A stretch of DNA of 64,000 bases, taken from Bilabrum cf. latius. Taxonomy: Eukaryota. Location: the NCBI GenBank assembly GCA_965178125.1, contig OZ237745.1, positions 372,001-436,000 of the forward strand, written 5' to 3'. Below the pieces are notes generated by a model. It was not told the origin of the DNA and made no database searches. It was given only the letters and a program-made list of their open reading frames with translations. The position numbers and the translations under genes were made by a program. Shown here in pieces: positions 35,060 through 47,356 of the stretch. How positions within the stretch are numbered: position 1 is the first letter of the stretch; each line of letters begins with the position of its first letter.

Positions 35060-38000
35060 ATGAACAGCGCCGGTAGCCATCGGATCGACCCGGCGCGCGG
35101 GGCAGCAGGCAGCGCCAGGGTGATCGCCGCAGCTGCAGTGTTCGCTCGCGCGGTAGGCCAACCTGCGGTCACGTTGGCCGATTTAGCTACTCGATATGGT
35201 ATGAATGATGCTGTGTTCTCGGATTTCATTGCTCGTCTCAACGTGCAGCGCGACACCATGGCGCCTCGCGATCCCGATCTTCAACGTGCACACGATGCGG
35301 GGTTCCTGTGCTACTTGCTCGACAGGTACTCATCAAAGCAGTCCTTCACGGCATCACGGTCCATTAATGCTGTCAAGAGCACCGCTCTCGCCAAGTTCGT
35401 GTCAAATGGGACGCTAACGACTCTCGGTGCACGGCTGCTTCTGCCGGCGTCGCCGAGCTCTCCTCGACGGCAACAGCCTGAGCGACTCGCAGGACAAGTA
35501 CATCTTCATCCTGTTCAGCAATCTCCAGAGGCTCCTTCTTCAATCGAGTCTCCATGGTCCCTGAGTTCACTACCGACGGGCCGGCGGACCGCTCCTCTTC
35601 GCGGACAGCATCGGCCACCCGGACGCCTCGACTTCGGCGCCGCCATCCATGCTTCACCTGGACGCGACCGAGCGGCGTAGAGTGCCACCAGGACAAGCCG
35701 CGGAATTTCGCCCTTGCGGGCGCGGCCAGGCTCTTCGACGACGCGGCAGGCCCCGCTCGCGCGAGGCGGGCGGGCCCACCTGCACGAGTCCCCGAACCGA
35801 GGGCCCCCGGGGACAGCAGCAGATACCCAGCGCAGCGGACAGCCCAACTTCTCAACGTCTTCACCCCCGCGGCACCAACCTCCACCTGCCTCGGGCAGGC
35901 TCCCCGGTAGGCCAGGCACTCGGGACTTCGGCGATCCGACAGTGCTCGCGGAGGCGCTCAGCAGTGCAGCATCACGGTCAACGGGCCCGGCAGGCCCTCA
36001 GCTTCTTCTTCCTCGTGTGTCTCCGGCTTACGACTCCCCCGGCGTGACTCCGGGCACCAGCCGCTAGCTTGACGCGGTCTGGGGCCGCCTTCCTGGGGAT
36101 CTCCAACGGGCAGTGTTGCACTCCACGACGCTGCGGGGAACGGCCGACCCAGCGACAATTCTGCATCTACGCCTGTTTGCGCTGTGGCACAGCATTCCGA
36201 CTCTGCGCCAGGAAGAGCTGCTGTCGCACCTCTCCGCCCACGTGGAATTGCAATGGTACTTCTCGCACCGACTAGCAGCCTCGATGCACTCATCCCCGCC
36301 ACCAGTCGACGCTACACCCGCTCATCAGCCACCCCGTGAACCTCCTGTGTCATCTTCTGCCTCACCGCAGCCTGCGTCTTCAATTGACCCAGTTTCACCG
36401 GGCGCAGGCACGGCAGTGGACTCCGCGGTCGTTCGCTCGCAACCAGTGGAGATTTTGTAGCGTGAGGCCTCTGCACCTTCAATCGCTGCAATTCGAATGC
36501 AGAATTGGTTTTCTGATGATTTCTTGGCAACGTTGACCTCGATCTTTCGCCAATCCGCGTTCATGCCGCGGTTTTGCTAGGCTGACGCGCTTCATTTGGA
36601 CGCTAGCGGCCGCGATTTCGCTGCAGAACTGGCCCGTGCCCTGTTTGGTCAGGCCGTGACGAGAGCCAAGATTGAATCGGCTATTTTCTCGTTCACGAGC
36701 CGGCTTCATGCAGCTCTGCCGATGAGCAATGCCAGTTTTGGGAAGTTTGATGCGTCCAACTCGGAGTCGTCTGCTGCAGGCGGACGAGAAAAGTAGGTGC
36801 CATCTAGCGAGTTACTATGCACTATTTACTCGGCTATTTCCTTTGCTTTAGGCTGTGTGCTCGTGCGCGCTGCTTGCGTGCATTCGACGGCGTCCTTGCC
36901 GTCCTGGTTGCCGCAGGGCAGCAGCTCGTGGTCGTGTCCAGCATCACTAGTGCCCGATTGGAAAACCCTGGGGCAGGTTCGCAATGATTTTCTTCGTTTG
37001 GTTAGTGCTTCCGGGGCATCATCTGCATCGGCGTCCCGACTAGAGGTGGTGTTTGCCGCTGTGTGTGTGATACCACGCGGAAGTTCAGCCTTTGAGATGC
37101 TCTCCTCCCATGCTTGGCGCCATACAGGCGAACGCTGTGACGTTGAGATTCGTGACCTTGTTGGGAATGAGATTCCTTCGTGCTCTTCTGGCGACTGCAT
37201 GCGTCTCCTACAATTGCTGCATCCGTGGGCCACTGAGGCATGCAGATCAGGCGAACCTGGCCTCGTGCGCGGACTGCTACAGGGAGTCCAGGCTGACATG
37301 CAGGCGCCGTCCCGTCGAGCAGCACTGTCCCGTCACTTCGACCCCCGCGGGGGCAGTGGAGGCCGGGGCAGTGGAGGCGGGGGCAGTGGAGGCTCCAGGC
37401 GCAGCGGGGGTGACAGCGACCAGCCCAGTGCCGATCGTGGCGGAGGTCGACACCGTCGAGGCCGTGGACGTGGCGGCGCAGGCCAGCAAGGTGGCCAGCA
37501 CCAGCGTGCGGACCGGCAGGACGGGGGTTCCACCAGGAAGTCCAAGGAGCCTTCACCTGACCCCCCCCCACGAGGTACGTCACGTCAGAGCCAGCCCAGC
37601 ACTCCAACACCAACACTGCCGCAGGGGCGTACGCAGACTACCACCACATCGGACGCGTGTGCTGCTTCCACACCACCTGTCACGTCAACGCCCGCGCTTC
37701 ACCCAGTCCTGGTGGCCCTAGCGCGCCCTAAGCGACCGCAGCGGCCGCCCACGGCGTCATCCACGAGGCTGCCAGGTAGGACGGACATCTCTCCAGCATT
37801 CGTTGACTGGGCATATCCAGCTCCGGATCCAAGCCATGAGTGGGCAGGGACGACTGCACCCTCCGTCGAGGACTTCATACAGCGAAAGGACGATCACCAG
37901 CGTACCAGAGAATGTCCCGGCGAATTCGTGGAGGCTCCAGCTGCGACGTGGGACCGTGAGCGGCTCCACCTGAAGGTTCACGACGACCCGCTGGCATTCA

Positions 38001-40819
38001 CGCCACGCAAGTACTTCGACAAGGTGCCTCGCTAGACTGCAACACTGCGGACCCGGCGGGAGGTTCTGTTTGGCGGCCGCACACCGAGGAAGGCCCCGTC
38101 CCTTGCCGAGTTTAAAGCCCTCCCACGAGTCGAGCGTGTACTGGCAGCACTGAACTATGGTTGCCCCCTAGCCATCGTGGACGAGGTGCCCAAAGAGCAC
38201 GATCTAGACTACAAGGACCGTAAGCTGTCTCCGGAAGAAAAGTGGGAGATCGCCTGCGAGATCGGGCGCTCCATGCGGGCTGGCGAGCGTGACTTCGTGT
38301 CACCCAAAGATTTCGACACAGCCCGGGCCCGGCCGCTGGTGATCCCCAAGAAGGACTCGACAAAGCTACGGTTCCTTCAGGACTCCTCACTCAAGGTGAA
38401 CGGCCAGCGTACCGGTCTGAACAAGGCCATCGACTACAGTGCAGCCACGCCTGTGCAGCAGACGAGCAGCATGGACGTGCTGCGCTCGGCAGCCGCAGCA
38501 GTTCGATCCTGCCCCAAGCGTGCCAGCGGATACGTCGTCGACATTTCCTCGTACTTTCGGGTCCTGCCGGTGGCAGTGGAGGATCTCCAATACAACCTGA
38601 TCAAGCTGCCCGACGGGCGCATCGTGCAAGATTTCAGGCTCTCTATGGGCAGCTCATCATCTCCCGCCTTCGCAACTACGATCAGTTCGGCTTTGGCCCA
38701 AGCCCTCGAGGAGCAGTCCATTGGCAGGGCCATGCGACCCGGACGGAGACACAAGCAGAAGCAACGACGCCGGAAGCAGCAGCACGCCAACGCCCAATCC
38801 AGCACGACGGACCAGGCGCCCCAGGCGAACTCGTCAGCAACGTCCACCCCGCCTGCCGCTAGCACGACAACGGGACATGTCAAGACGGCCCAAGACTAGT
38901 CCCGCCATTGGTAGGTCGAAAATGAGGTGTTTGTAGATGACTTTGCCTGCCTCGGCGGAGATCACGAAGTCGATGCATGGGCAATTCGAGCCATGGGGCA
39001 GCTGGACTCCACAAACTTCCCCGTCAGCATCTCGAAAGCATTGAAGCAAGGGGCCCCAGCCCCGGTGTTCGAGTACTTGGGCCTCACCTACGACTTGATC
39101 AAACACGAGGTGCGGTGCCCTAAGGACAAGGCCAACGACGTCCTGCGCAGACTGCACGAGGCACTCACGACGAAGGGGATGCTGCTGTCTAGCTTTGAGA
39201 CCTTGGTCGGCAAGTTGTCCTTCCTGTCGGGCGCACTTTATGGTATGCGCGGTGCTCTACGTCCCCTGTATGACGCCAAGGGCTGGGCCCTTCACAAGTA
39301 GGCCAGCCGGTCACGACCAGGTGAGGTGTGGGTCCCCACCTCCTTTGTGTCCAAGGGTGGCTTCACAGTTGGGGAAATCCTCGAGGGATTCCAGGTGGCT
39401 ATCCAGCGCAAAGGCGGGCGCAGCTTTCCGATGCGGGGCACCATTGACTGTCCCATCCTTCGCACTGATGCGTCGGTGACAGGCTACGGCGCCGAGCTGC
39501 TTCTCCACGACAAGGACGGCAACATCACTTCGCACACCGGCATCCAGGGCACTTGGCCGCATCGCCTAGAGGCGAAGGATGTAGCGGCGGCAGAACTTGC
39601 AACATGTTTGTTGGCACTGGCGCATTGGCGACAGCACCTGCGTGGACGTGTGGTGCGTTTGTGGTGTGATAATGATGCTTCCGTGTAGCTGATACGCTAC
39701 GGCAGACCCAAGAGCCACATCATGGCAGCCTTACTTCGCCCTATCTTCGTACTGCAGACAACGCAAGATGTGCAGATTCACGTGAAACACATTCCTGGCG
39801 AGGACAACGTCGTTGCGGACGCTTTGAGCCGCGGCTCACAGGAGGCATACACGCACCTGGACGCGGTGTATCAGGTCGACTGTCCCACGCCGATCTGGAA
39901 CACCTTGTACAAGCACGACCATTTCACGCTGGTGGCCACTCTGGACTCAGTGGGTTGCGCACGGCGTGGGGGCACTTCGACAACTTCCTCACGTGGTACG
40001 ACATCGACCGCAGTTTCATGGACGGGCATCTTCCAGCAGCTCGCAGACTCTTCGCGTTCAGGCTCAATGCAGCGCTCTCGAGATTCGCAGTCTTCTTAGG
40101 GGAATGTTCGCCTCTCAGTGGCGGCACCATCGCTACATACACCAGAAATGCCTAGCGAGTCGTCATCGAGTCCACAGGTGCGTGCGGCGTCCCACGGTCA
40201 AGCTAGCTCGACAGCATCCTCCGGTACTACCACAAAGCATCGCCATCGGCGCACCCGTTGCGTCGATCTTCAGCCCCACTCCGCGCAATCCGACGGTGCT
40301 TCTCGACAGCCGGTTGCAGCACAACAGAGTAGGCTGCTCGGACAGCTGTCTGTCTCTGCTTCTGTGGGGGCCTCCGGCTGGGAGAGCTCGTCGGTGCGTC
40401 CAGACGACAAGCCGGCCTCCAATGGCAGCAAGTGCAGTTCATCACGCGAGACGGACGCATCCATGGTGTTGCCATCCGCCTGGGCCTCCACAAAGCCGAC
40501 GGCCCAGCCAAGTTCTCCATCCAAGCCGCAGAGCCCATCGCAGTCCATTGCAGAGCCGGACGATGGGCAGTCACAGGCAGCAGGTTCTGCGGCGTGCGAG
40601 CCTTCGTGGCGTGGGCAGCAGCGAGCCACGCCCCAACTGCAGGCGCAGACGAAGACTACGCCCGGTAGCTGGCGCTCAGCTGCCCCACGTCAGGGCCAGT
40701 CTTCGTGGCGAACACGAAGCCGATCGTCAAGGCGCAGGTAGTACGGGCGCTCCGCAGCTTCTGCTCACGAGAAGTTGCAGGAGCGGTGCACGGACATTCC
40801 ATCCGCATCGCGGCAGTGA
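35060..40819 (+). CDS. Ngaro Gag-like + reverse transcriptase + RNase H open frame (up to ~1919 aa)
   Basis: Single frame with TAG only. RT motifs VIPKKDSTKLRFLQD, VDISSYF, LSMGSSSSP and FVDDF. RNase H motifs TDAS, AAEL, CDN and HIPGEDNVVADALSR. Confidence 0.85.
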
Positions 40820-41013
40820 TGTGTTTGGACCGTGCTGGGGTCGCCTTCGAGGTCATTAGGCGATTTGGCAGATGGAAGTCGGCATCTGCATGCGAGGTGT
40901 ACTTGCGGGGCGTCAGGGAAGGTTTGCCTCCTCTGGAGCTCGGCGGCAGGAGCCTCGATTTGAACAGGCCAGTGTGGGTGCTGGCCAGCGCGCTGCGGCT
41001 GAACTTGGAGTGA
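39955..41013 (+). CDS. Ngaro tyrosine recombinase (overlapping frame; start uncertain)
   Basis: GGLRLGEL (Arg), HSIR (HxxR) and GRWKS..CEVYLR (Trp, Tyr); ends TGA. Confidence 0.88.
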
Positions 41014-41794
41014 GCCACACAGCCGCAGCGTACAAGACATGGCGGTAAGATTTGGCGGAGTAGTGCACGTGCTCTTCCCAGCCCCGGTCAGTCCGGTCAA
41101 GGGTCGCGCACAGGCACAGCTTTGTCAGGTCTTGCCATGTCTGATTGTTAACGAGACTAGGTTGCGCGTACACTCTGGCATCATGATCCTAACGCCGGAT
41201 GGGGTTCGGTGTTGATGCCAGAGTGGGAGCGCGTGAACGTCTCGTTGGGTTCCGATGGCGGTTGCGACCGGGAAGGTGCGACCAAGCCAACGGATTGCTT
41301 GCGATGACGCGCATACCCTCTCTGTGTTCAGGAGAGGGGCGGAGATTGGGTAATTTTTGCCCACCCTCCCAACCCCCTCCTCCTCGGCGGAGTAGTGCAC
41401 GTGCTCTTCCCAGCCCCGGTCAGTCCGGTCAAGGGTCGCGCACAGGCACAGCTTTGTCAGGTCTTGCCATGTCTGATTGTTAACGAGACTAGGTTGCGCG
41501 TACACTCTGGCATCATATCAGAAACAGCAATTAAGGAGATTTAGAGTTTATTTTATAATTTAACATTATTTGAAAAGGAACCTGAGAAGTATAAAGAACA
41601 AATTAAATCACTGACAAATATGGTGGAAAACATTATATTTGAAGAGCAAGTAGAGTATCTTGTAAAATAGGCGAAAACACGAATTCTTAACAAAGACGAA
41701 ATCAAAGAGATAATCGGTAATTATCTCTAAATAATAAAGATGATATTAAGTCCCCATAAAATGCTGATGTTTCTTGCTGTTAAAATGGTGTGAT

Positions 41795-42079
41795 TTATGA
41801 ACTCCAAAGGTAAAGATGTGAGAAGAACTTTGGGGTTCTTGGTTTTACTTCGATACCGTGTCGTTTGAAGTATCTAAATTGGCGGTCCGTATCTAAATGA
41901 TTTAAATGGCTGTAATACCCTATTCTATCGTAAAATTGCTAATACCGCCTATCACCAAACGATGTAATATATTCATCATTTTCGTCAAAAACATCGTATT
42001 TTGAAGTTTTGCGTCTTGAGGGTGCTTTAAATAGAAAATTTTCAACAACCTTTTCAAAATCGTAGGTATGTGGCTTCAT
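41795..42079 (-). CDS. Small virophage/giant-virus-type protein (94 aa)
   Basis: KYDV..ITSFGDRRYQQF..HLNHLD..RH..FFSHLYLW; ends TAA. Confidence 0.65.
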
Positions 42080-42324
42080 AAGTACTCTATAGTATAGTCT
42101 TCTACTTATATCAAAGCCCGAGCTTCTTGTATTCCTTTAGTTTTTCGTGTAATTTTTTCCAAATACGTGGATTAATTTGCTTGACAATATGCTCTATCAT
42201 CAACTCCTTTAAAAATGGGTTCATTTAGTATAGTGATATAGAATGCTTTAAATTATCATCTCTCGGGTAATCCTTGGAGAATTAATTTTAATATTTCTTT
42301 GTATCCTATATTGTCAAAATTTTT

Positions 42325-43485
42325 CAATCAATTTTTGTGTTTTTAATTGGAAAACAATTATAATTTGTTTTTTATTTTCCTTTTAATTTTTATGGTGGCA
42401 TCATAGGAATTACAACATTTAATTTTAATAGGGAACTTAATTTATTTTTTCTAAGTCTCTTATAATTGACCTGTAAAATTGACAAGTTTTTTGGGGACTT
42501 TTCGAAAGGGACTTAAAATACAATTATAATTTGTTTTCGTTTTCCTTTTAATTTTTATGGTGGCATCATAGGAATTACAACATTTAATTTTAATTGGAAA
42601 ATATATTTATTCTTTCTAAGGCATGAGCCGGAACGGCCACTGCCGCGCTGCCCCGCCCCCTTCCCTAAGGAAGGAGACGAGGGAATGCCTCGCAAGCTGC
42701 TGGTCGCACTGGCGGTTGCAACCTCGCGTTGGTAGACCGGAGCCTGTGTTCGAGTCTCGAACGCATCGCCACATCAACCCCGAACCCCATTCGGCGTTAG
42801 CATTATTAAAATTGACCTGTCAAATCTCTCAATTTTTGGGGGACTTTTCCAAAGGGACTTAAAATACAATTATAATTTGTTTTCGTTTTCCTTATAATGT
42901 ATCATCTCTTGGGTAATCGGTTTGGTTGCTTCGGAGAACAATTTAGTCGCTTGGGAAATCCTTGGGAAATCCTTGGGAAATCCTTGGGAAATCCTTGGGA
43001 AATCCTTGGTCGGTTCATCGGTCGGTTCATCGGTCGGTTTATCGGTTTGTCGCTTGGGAACATACCTCGGTCTCTTGATAAAATACCTTGTTCTCTTGGG
43101 GAAATCCTCGGTTGGTCTCTTGGTCTCTTGGGAATTCATCCTTCCGTTCCTACAGCAAACACAGAGATATTTTGGACACTTGGTTAATTTCTTCATTTTT
43201 TCCTACTTTACTAAAACATCTCTGTCTTTGCTGTTAGAGTTTATAAGGGGGTTAAATATTAGAATTCTTCAATTTACCCCTACTTCGTAGGAGTAAATTT
43301 TATATCTGAAAATGGGTACATAGAGGGGTTCTATAGGGGTTCTTGGGGAACCCCTTGGGAAATCATTTAGGTTTATAGGGGAAACACTTGAGTTGCTAAA
43401 TATGCCTTTAAAGGAGGGGCGAGCGTAGCGTAGCCCTCGTCCTCAACGCTTGGTGTGGCACTCCACCACCACCACGTTGACCCCC
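42325..43485 (-). repeat. Virophage right terminal inverted repeat (with 185-bp insertion)
   Basis: Reverse complement of 18912-19893 apart from 42621-42805. Confidence 0.95.
42621..42805 (-). repeat. Solo repeat related to the Ngaro A repeat, inserted in the right TIR
   Basis: Reverse strand reads CTAACGCCGAATGGGGTTCGGGGTTGATG versus A-repeat CTAACGCCGGATGGGGTTCGGTGTTGATG, and shares GGTTGC/GTGCGACCA/GCTTGCGA/AGGGGCGG blocks. Confidence 0.75.
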
Positions 43486-43677
43486 CTACTTTGATACTGC
43501 AGAAGTTTGTCCAAGCAGGCATGCTTGAGAAATAAACAAGCTTTTTTGAATAAATTGGTAGTTATATTATATATAAGTCTTAGCGCAAAAAAGTTACCGA
43601 ACGGTTTACAAGATATTGAATCGAATGTGGACCTGCCATGAATGACGTGCTTCGTGACCCGATTCTTGCGCATCCAT

Positions 43678-46090
43678 TTACTTGGCATTAACATCAACAA
43701 TATCCACATCACAGCCAAATCCTGTTTCCAGATGATACATAGATTCTTTACAATCCCCACAAATGAACTTGCAGCAGCGTGAACACACTTTATAGGAAGA
43801 AACTGACTAATGATGCTGCCGCTTGCTGCATCTGGAGTCCTTGCACTTGGCGCTGCACCCCACTCGACGGTTCTTTGATCGTCCGCTACTGAGAAATTTA
43901 ATCAGTCCTGCTTGCAACTACTCCTTTCCAATCAAATGGAGCGAGCCCAGCAGCGTAGCTACCGTGTGCTGCTTTCTACATCCAAGGTTCCCGGGGGTCG
44001 CCTCCGCACGCATCCCAGCTGAGGTTGCAGCACCGCGAGTTCCTGCACGTGCATGTCGGTAAGGACGCATCAATTCGTCATACAACAGCTGCACAAACAT
44101 AACATGAGCTTGTCGATGCAGCACCATGTGCTAAACCTGTTCCTGAACGGATTCGTTGCTAGCTCCAGCAGCTTGCCGACGACTGGGTCCGTGGCGTAGC
44201 AGTCGACGTGCCTCCAAGTTGACCCAGATGATGTACGTATTGACGATAACTTGCTCCATTAAACCTTCCCACACTCTTAAGTATGCCCTATTCTCTCCCT
44301 GGAATGCATTTGTTAGCGAAAGTTGCGTCCGGAACTTGTCAGCTAGATGCACACCCCCCATGTACTTGTTGTAGAGGACGGACACGAGGGGCGCGTTCAC
44401 CACACTCAGTTCGCCACCATCTTTCCGTAGCTTCTTTACCAACCGAACAAAGTACTTCGTAGGAATGTTAGAAGCCATAAGAAATGGTGCGCGGTCACAG
44501 TATCCAAAAACTTGCATCCCAGAAGCTGAATCAACTGGCGAGTCAAAGGCTACTGTCTGGCCAGGGCTCAACAGGCCCCGACTGCCAAGGTCCTCTTCGG
44601 CCAGCAGCGATCCCGCAGGAAGCTCACTCGCATCAAAAACATCATCAGCTATTACATGACATGAAGAGACTTTGCTGGACCCAGGAGGAGCGCGCTTCAC
44701 AGCCTGCCCGCGTTCGCCTGGGGTTCGTCTGTTCAGCTTGCCAATCGCGTGGTACAGCTCACCGCTCACTTTGCCTTGGCGAAGCGTGCCAACAACCCGA
44801 AGGCCTTTGCTGGTGGCCCAATCACACAGTGGAGCCGATTTAAAGTAGTTATCCACCGCTAGAAGGCCCCCATTCAAGTTTTTGTCCATTGCCTTTGACG
44901 CAACAGCTGCTGTTTGCAGGTCCATCCGGGTCAGCTACCCGGCAGCGGCACCGCTACCGGTTGCTACCTTATACGAGTACTCAGCCTTCCCCCTGTACTA
45001 TCGTGTATCATCGGCAACAGATGTTGCTAGATCCAAATGGTACCCATACCCGTCTTTTCGCGCAGCTGCCCATAGCTTAAAGCCATGCGATGTGGGCTTG
45101 TTCGGCATGATGACACATGCCCGATTTCGGCCGTACGCCATCACCATCATCTCATCAACGGCGATGCTCTTTGGGCTCGAAGTAGCCGCACGAAAGTACT
45201 CTGAAACTGTATCTAGCATGCCTGATAGATATTCTATGAGTACCCGCTCGCGAGGACTGCCCACACTCCCTAGCCTCATTGTGGCGCGCTCCTCCGCCAG
45301 CAGGGGTGCCGGAGCCTCCTGCAACCTCCCGGCGAAAGACAAGTTTCGATGGAACCGATTCCAGTCTTGCACTACGATATCGTCTTTCATGCGCACCAGG
45401 AACTACTTTGATTGCAGTTATTCTAAAGGTATCCGGGGTCGGATGAGAGACAGAGTCAATGCCACGGCCAGGAACATCATCGCAACTGGCATGTCCATTG
45501 GTTGGTCGCTGCCGGCTGGCCGGCTGCCTGGCCAGCTACCTCTGCCGCTGCAGTGCCTCGCCACGGAAATGCAATATCGAGAGGCACCAGCGAGCACAGA
45601 ATGCGTATTGAAGATATTGGTTGTTCATGATGAGCCGTCATCCAGCCTTTGACATACTCAGTAGCAGCCACATAAGTAGCCGCTGTGCGAGCGATCGGGA
45701 TCCCATCACCGCCAATCACAACCCGGTCATTCACGAAGTACCTATATTCAGGCTCGTCAACCAACGATGCAATTTTGTCCATAGGAAACATACTTTCATA
45801 TTGCTCTATTCTGCGCCGCTTTGCTTGGTGAGCCTACTGCCTCCTACGATGCTGCACTTGAGGCCGGCTCAAAGTTGCAGACCGACTGGATACCTGCTCG
45901 TCCTCGTCTGAATCGCCGACATAGTCCATATCATCATCGCTGGCCTATGCTTCGCCCAACAAATCACGTAAATCATCATCTTTTGTCGATTTATTTGCAT
46001 TGTCCTCTTGCCGTTTACGCTTGAACCCAGCGCGTCGGCTCGAACTGGCCGCATGGGACGGGCTGCTTCCTGACTACTTGCTAGCAACCG
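43678..46090 (-). pseudogene. piggyBac transposase, degenerate (5' end approximate)
   Basis: IAVDEMM..MPNKP..GFKLW, VDNYF..VGTLR, YNKYMGGVHLAD and a C-terminal Cys-rich domain. In-frame TAA at 45418-45420 and an apparent frameshift near 45620. Confidence 0.85.
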
Positions 46091-47356
46091 AAACGCTAGA
46101 TATAGGTTTACAAGACTCCAATGAGAATTTTGGGATTGACTGAGATGCTTCTGCGAAGGCTAAGCACAAATAAGCGATGAAGGCTGATATCAGTGGCCTT
46201 GCAGCAACACCGTGCATGGCCAATTTTGCACAGGACGCAAGCCCGATTGTGGCCCTATTATACCTCTGTAGAATTATTTAAGCTCGTCCACATCACCATG
46301 AAATGATTATTCAACCAACACCTCGTCAAGCATACCACGGATGCATGGATACTGTCAATGAGTGCCACATTCGTGGCTTCCGGTGCCTCTGCGGCAGATT
46401 GTACGGTACCCCGAAACTAGCCGGCTAGAGCCCATGCAATTCCACCAACCATAACAATACCGTACTCACTTTGATCGATGATCCTGAGTTTGGCGGATTT
46501 CTGCTCGTGACGCCGAGACGAGGCACTCCCACCAGGGGCACTTGCACCCCGAGACCCAACTTCGGACGCGCCGCTGGAGCGACTTTATCGCCTCCCACTC
46601 GTTGTTCTCGCAAACGTAGACGTAATCCTCCACATGATATTGTATTCAATACCCGTTTACCTCAACAGTAGTGCCAGTGTGTTAAAAGTCTATTGCGCTA
46701 AGGTATAAATGCCCTGCAAATTTTGGAACCGTTTGAACCGACGTGTGTTGGAATGGCAGCCAAATTTCGCTGGATTGCTAATGAATGAGCCTAGTGACCT
46801 GATAACATGTTGTCAAATATGTTTTTAACTACTAAATACCAACAGAAACCAAAGAAAAGCTTTTTTGGCGGCACACGGTGCGTGCATCTGGCACCCCTTG
46901 CCAGCGAGTAAAATCTTGGGCTGGGGGTGGTCGCCAAAAATGGTGGTCGCAAGCACGACTCGTTTTCAGTCTAATGCTGCGAATTGCATGGCTCCGTTGG
47001 GACTGCATTACATTTAAATGTTACATAAGATATTTTTGCAATGTAAATTCACCCAAGAAATTGGTCCAGTTCTCAGCAATGGGAGCCTAAAGGCACGATG
47101 GTCGCGATTTTGGGACTCGGAATGCCAATAATGGCGGACCTTTCACGGCGCCGGGTATGGCCAGGGCTGTGGGCATCCGGATTGTTTGATTGAATGCAAG
47201 CGCTGCACACGAAGCGACTGAATAGAGAGCGAAGGGTCCAGCCAACAGGCACCGCAGCTACTTCTAGTACAAATAATACGGACTAGAGAAACTTGATGAA
47301 GTCGTATCATCATATTCCATCGTCATCCGATGCCATCAGTGAGTCATTCATTGCCT

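Larger units (their letters stand above)
34857..41516 (+). mobile_element. Ngaro-type tyrosine-recombinase retrotransposon with split direct repeats A1-[ORFs]-B1-A2-B2
   Basis: A1 34856-35031 matches A2 41184-41359 (176 bp); B1 41054-41184 matches B2 41386-41516 (131 bp). GC-rich; RT, RNase H and YR present; no TSD. Confidence 0.93.
34762..41730 (+). pseudogene. Virophage 102-aa ORF split by the Ngaro insertion (34762-34856 + 41517-41730)
   Basis: Removing 34857-41516 rejoins GTT CT|A TCA GAA in frame, from ATG 34762 to TAA 41728-41730. Confidence 0.8.
18912..43485. mobile_element. Endogenous virophage (provirophage), ~17.7 kb excluding nested retroelements
   Basis: AT-rich island with ~980-bp TIRs and TSD CTACTT (18906-18911, 43486-43491). 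Carries all four virophage morphogenesis genes plus rve integrase, helicase and pPolB. Confidence 0.95.
18679..47154 (-). mobile_element. piggyBac-superfamily transposon (~3.9 kb without the virophage insert)
   Basis: 18-bp perfect TIR CCGGCGCCGTGAAAGGTC (18679-18696 and 47137-47154), flanked by direct GTAT (18675-18678, 47155-47158). Contains a piggyBac transposase. Confidence 0.8.

Noticed and set aside
18912-43485. Bacterial prophage, contaminant or classical Polinton
   Set aside because: It has a TSD within eukaryotic DNA, uses the host's code, and its ~600-aa capsid plus penton are of virophage type.
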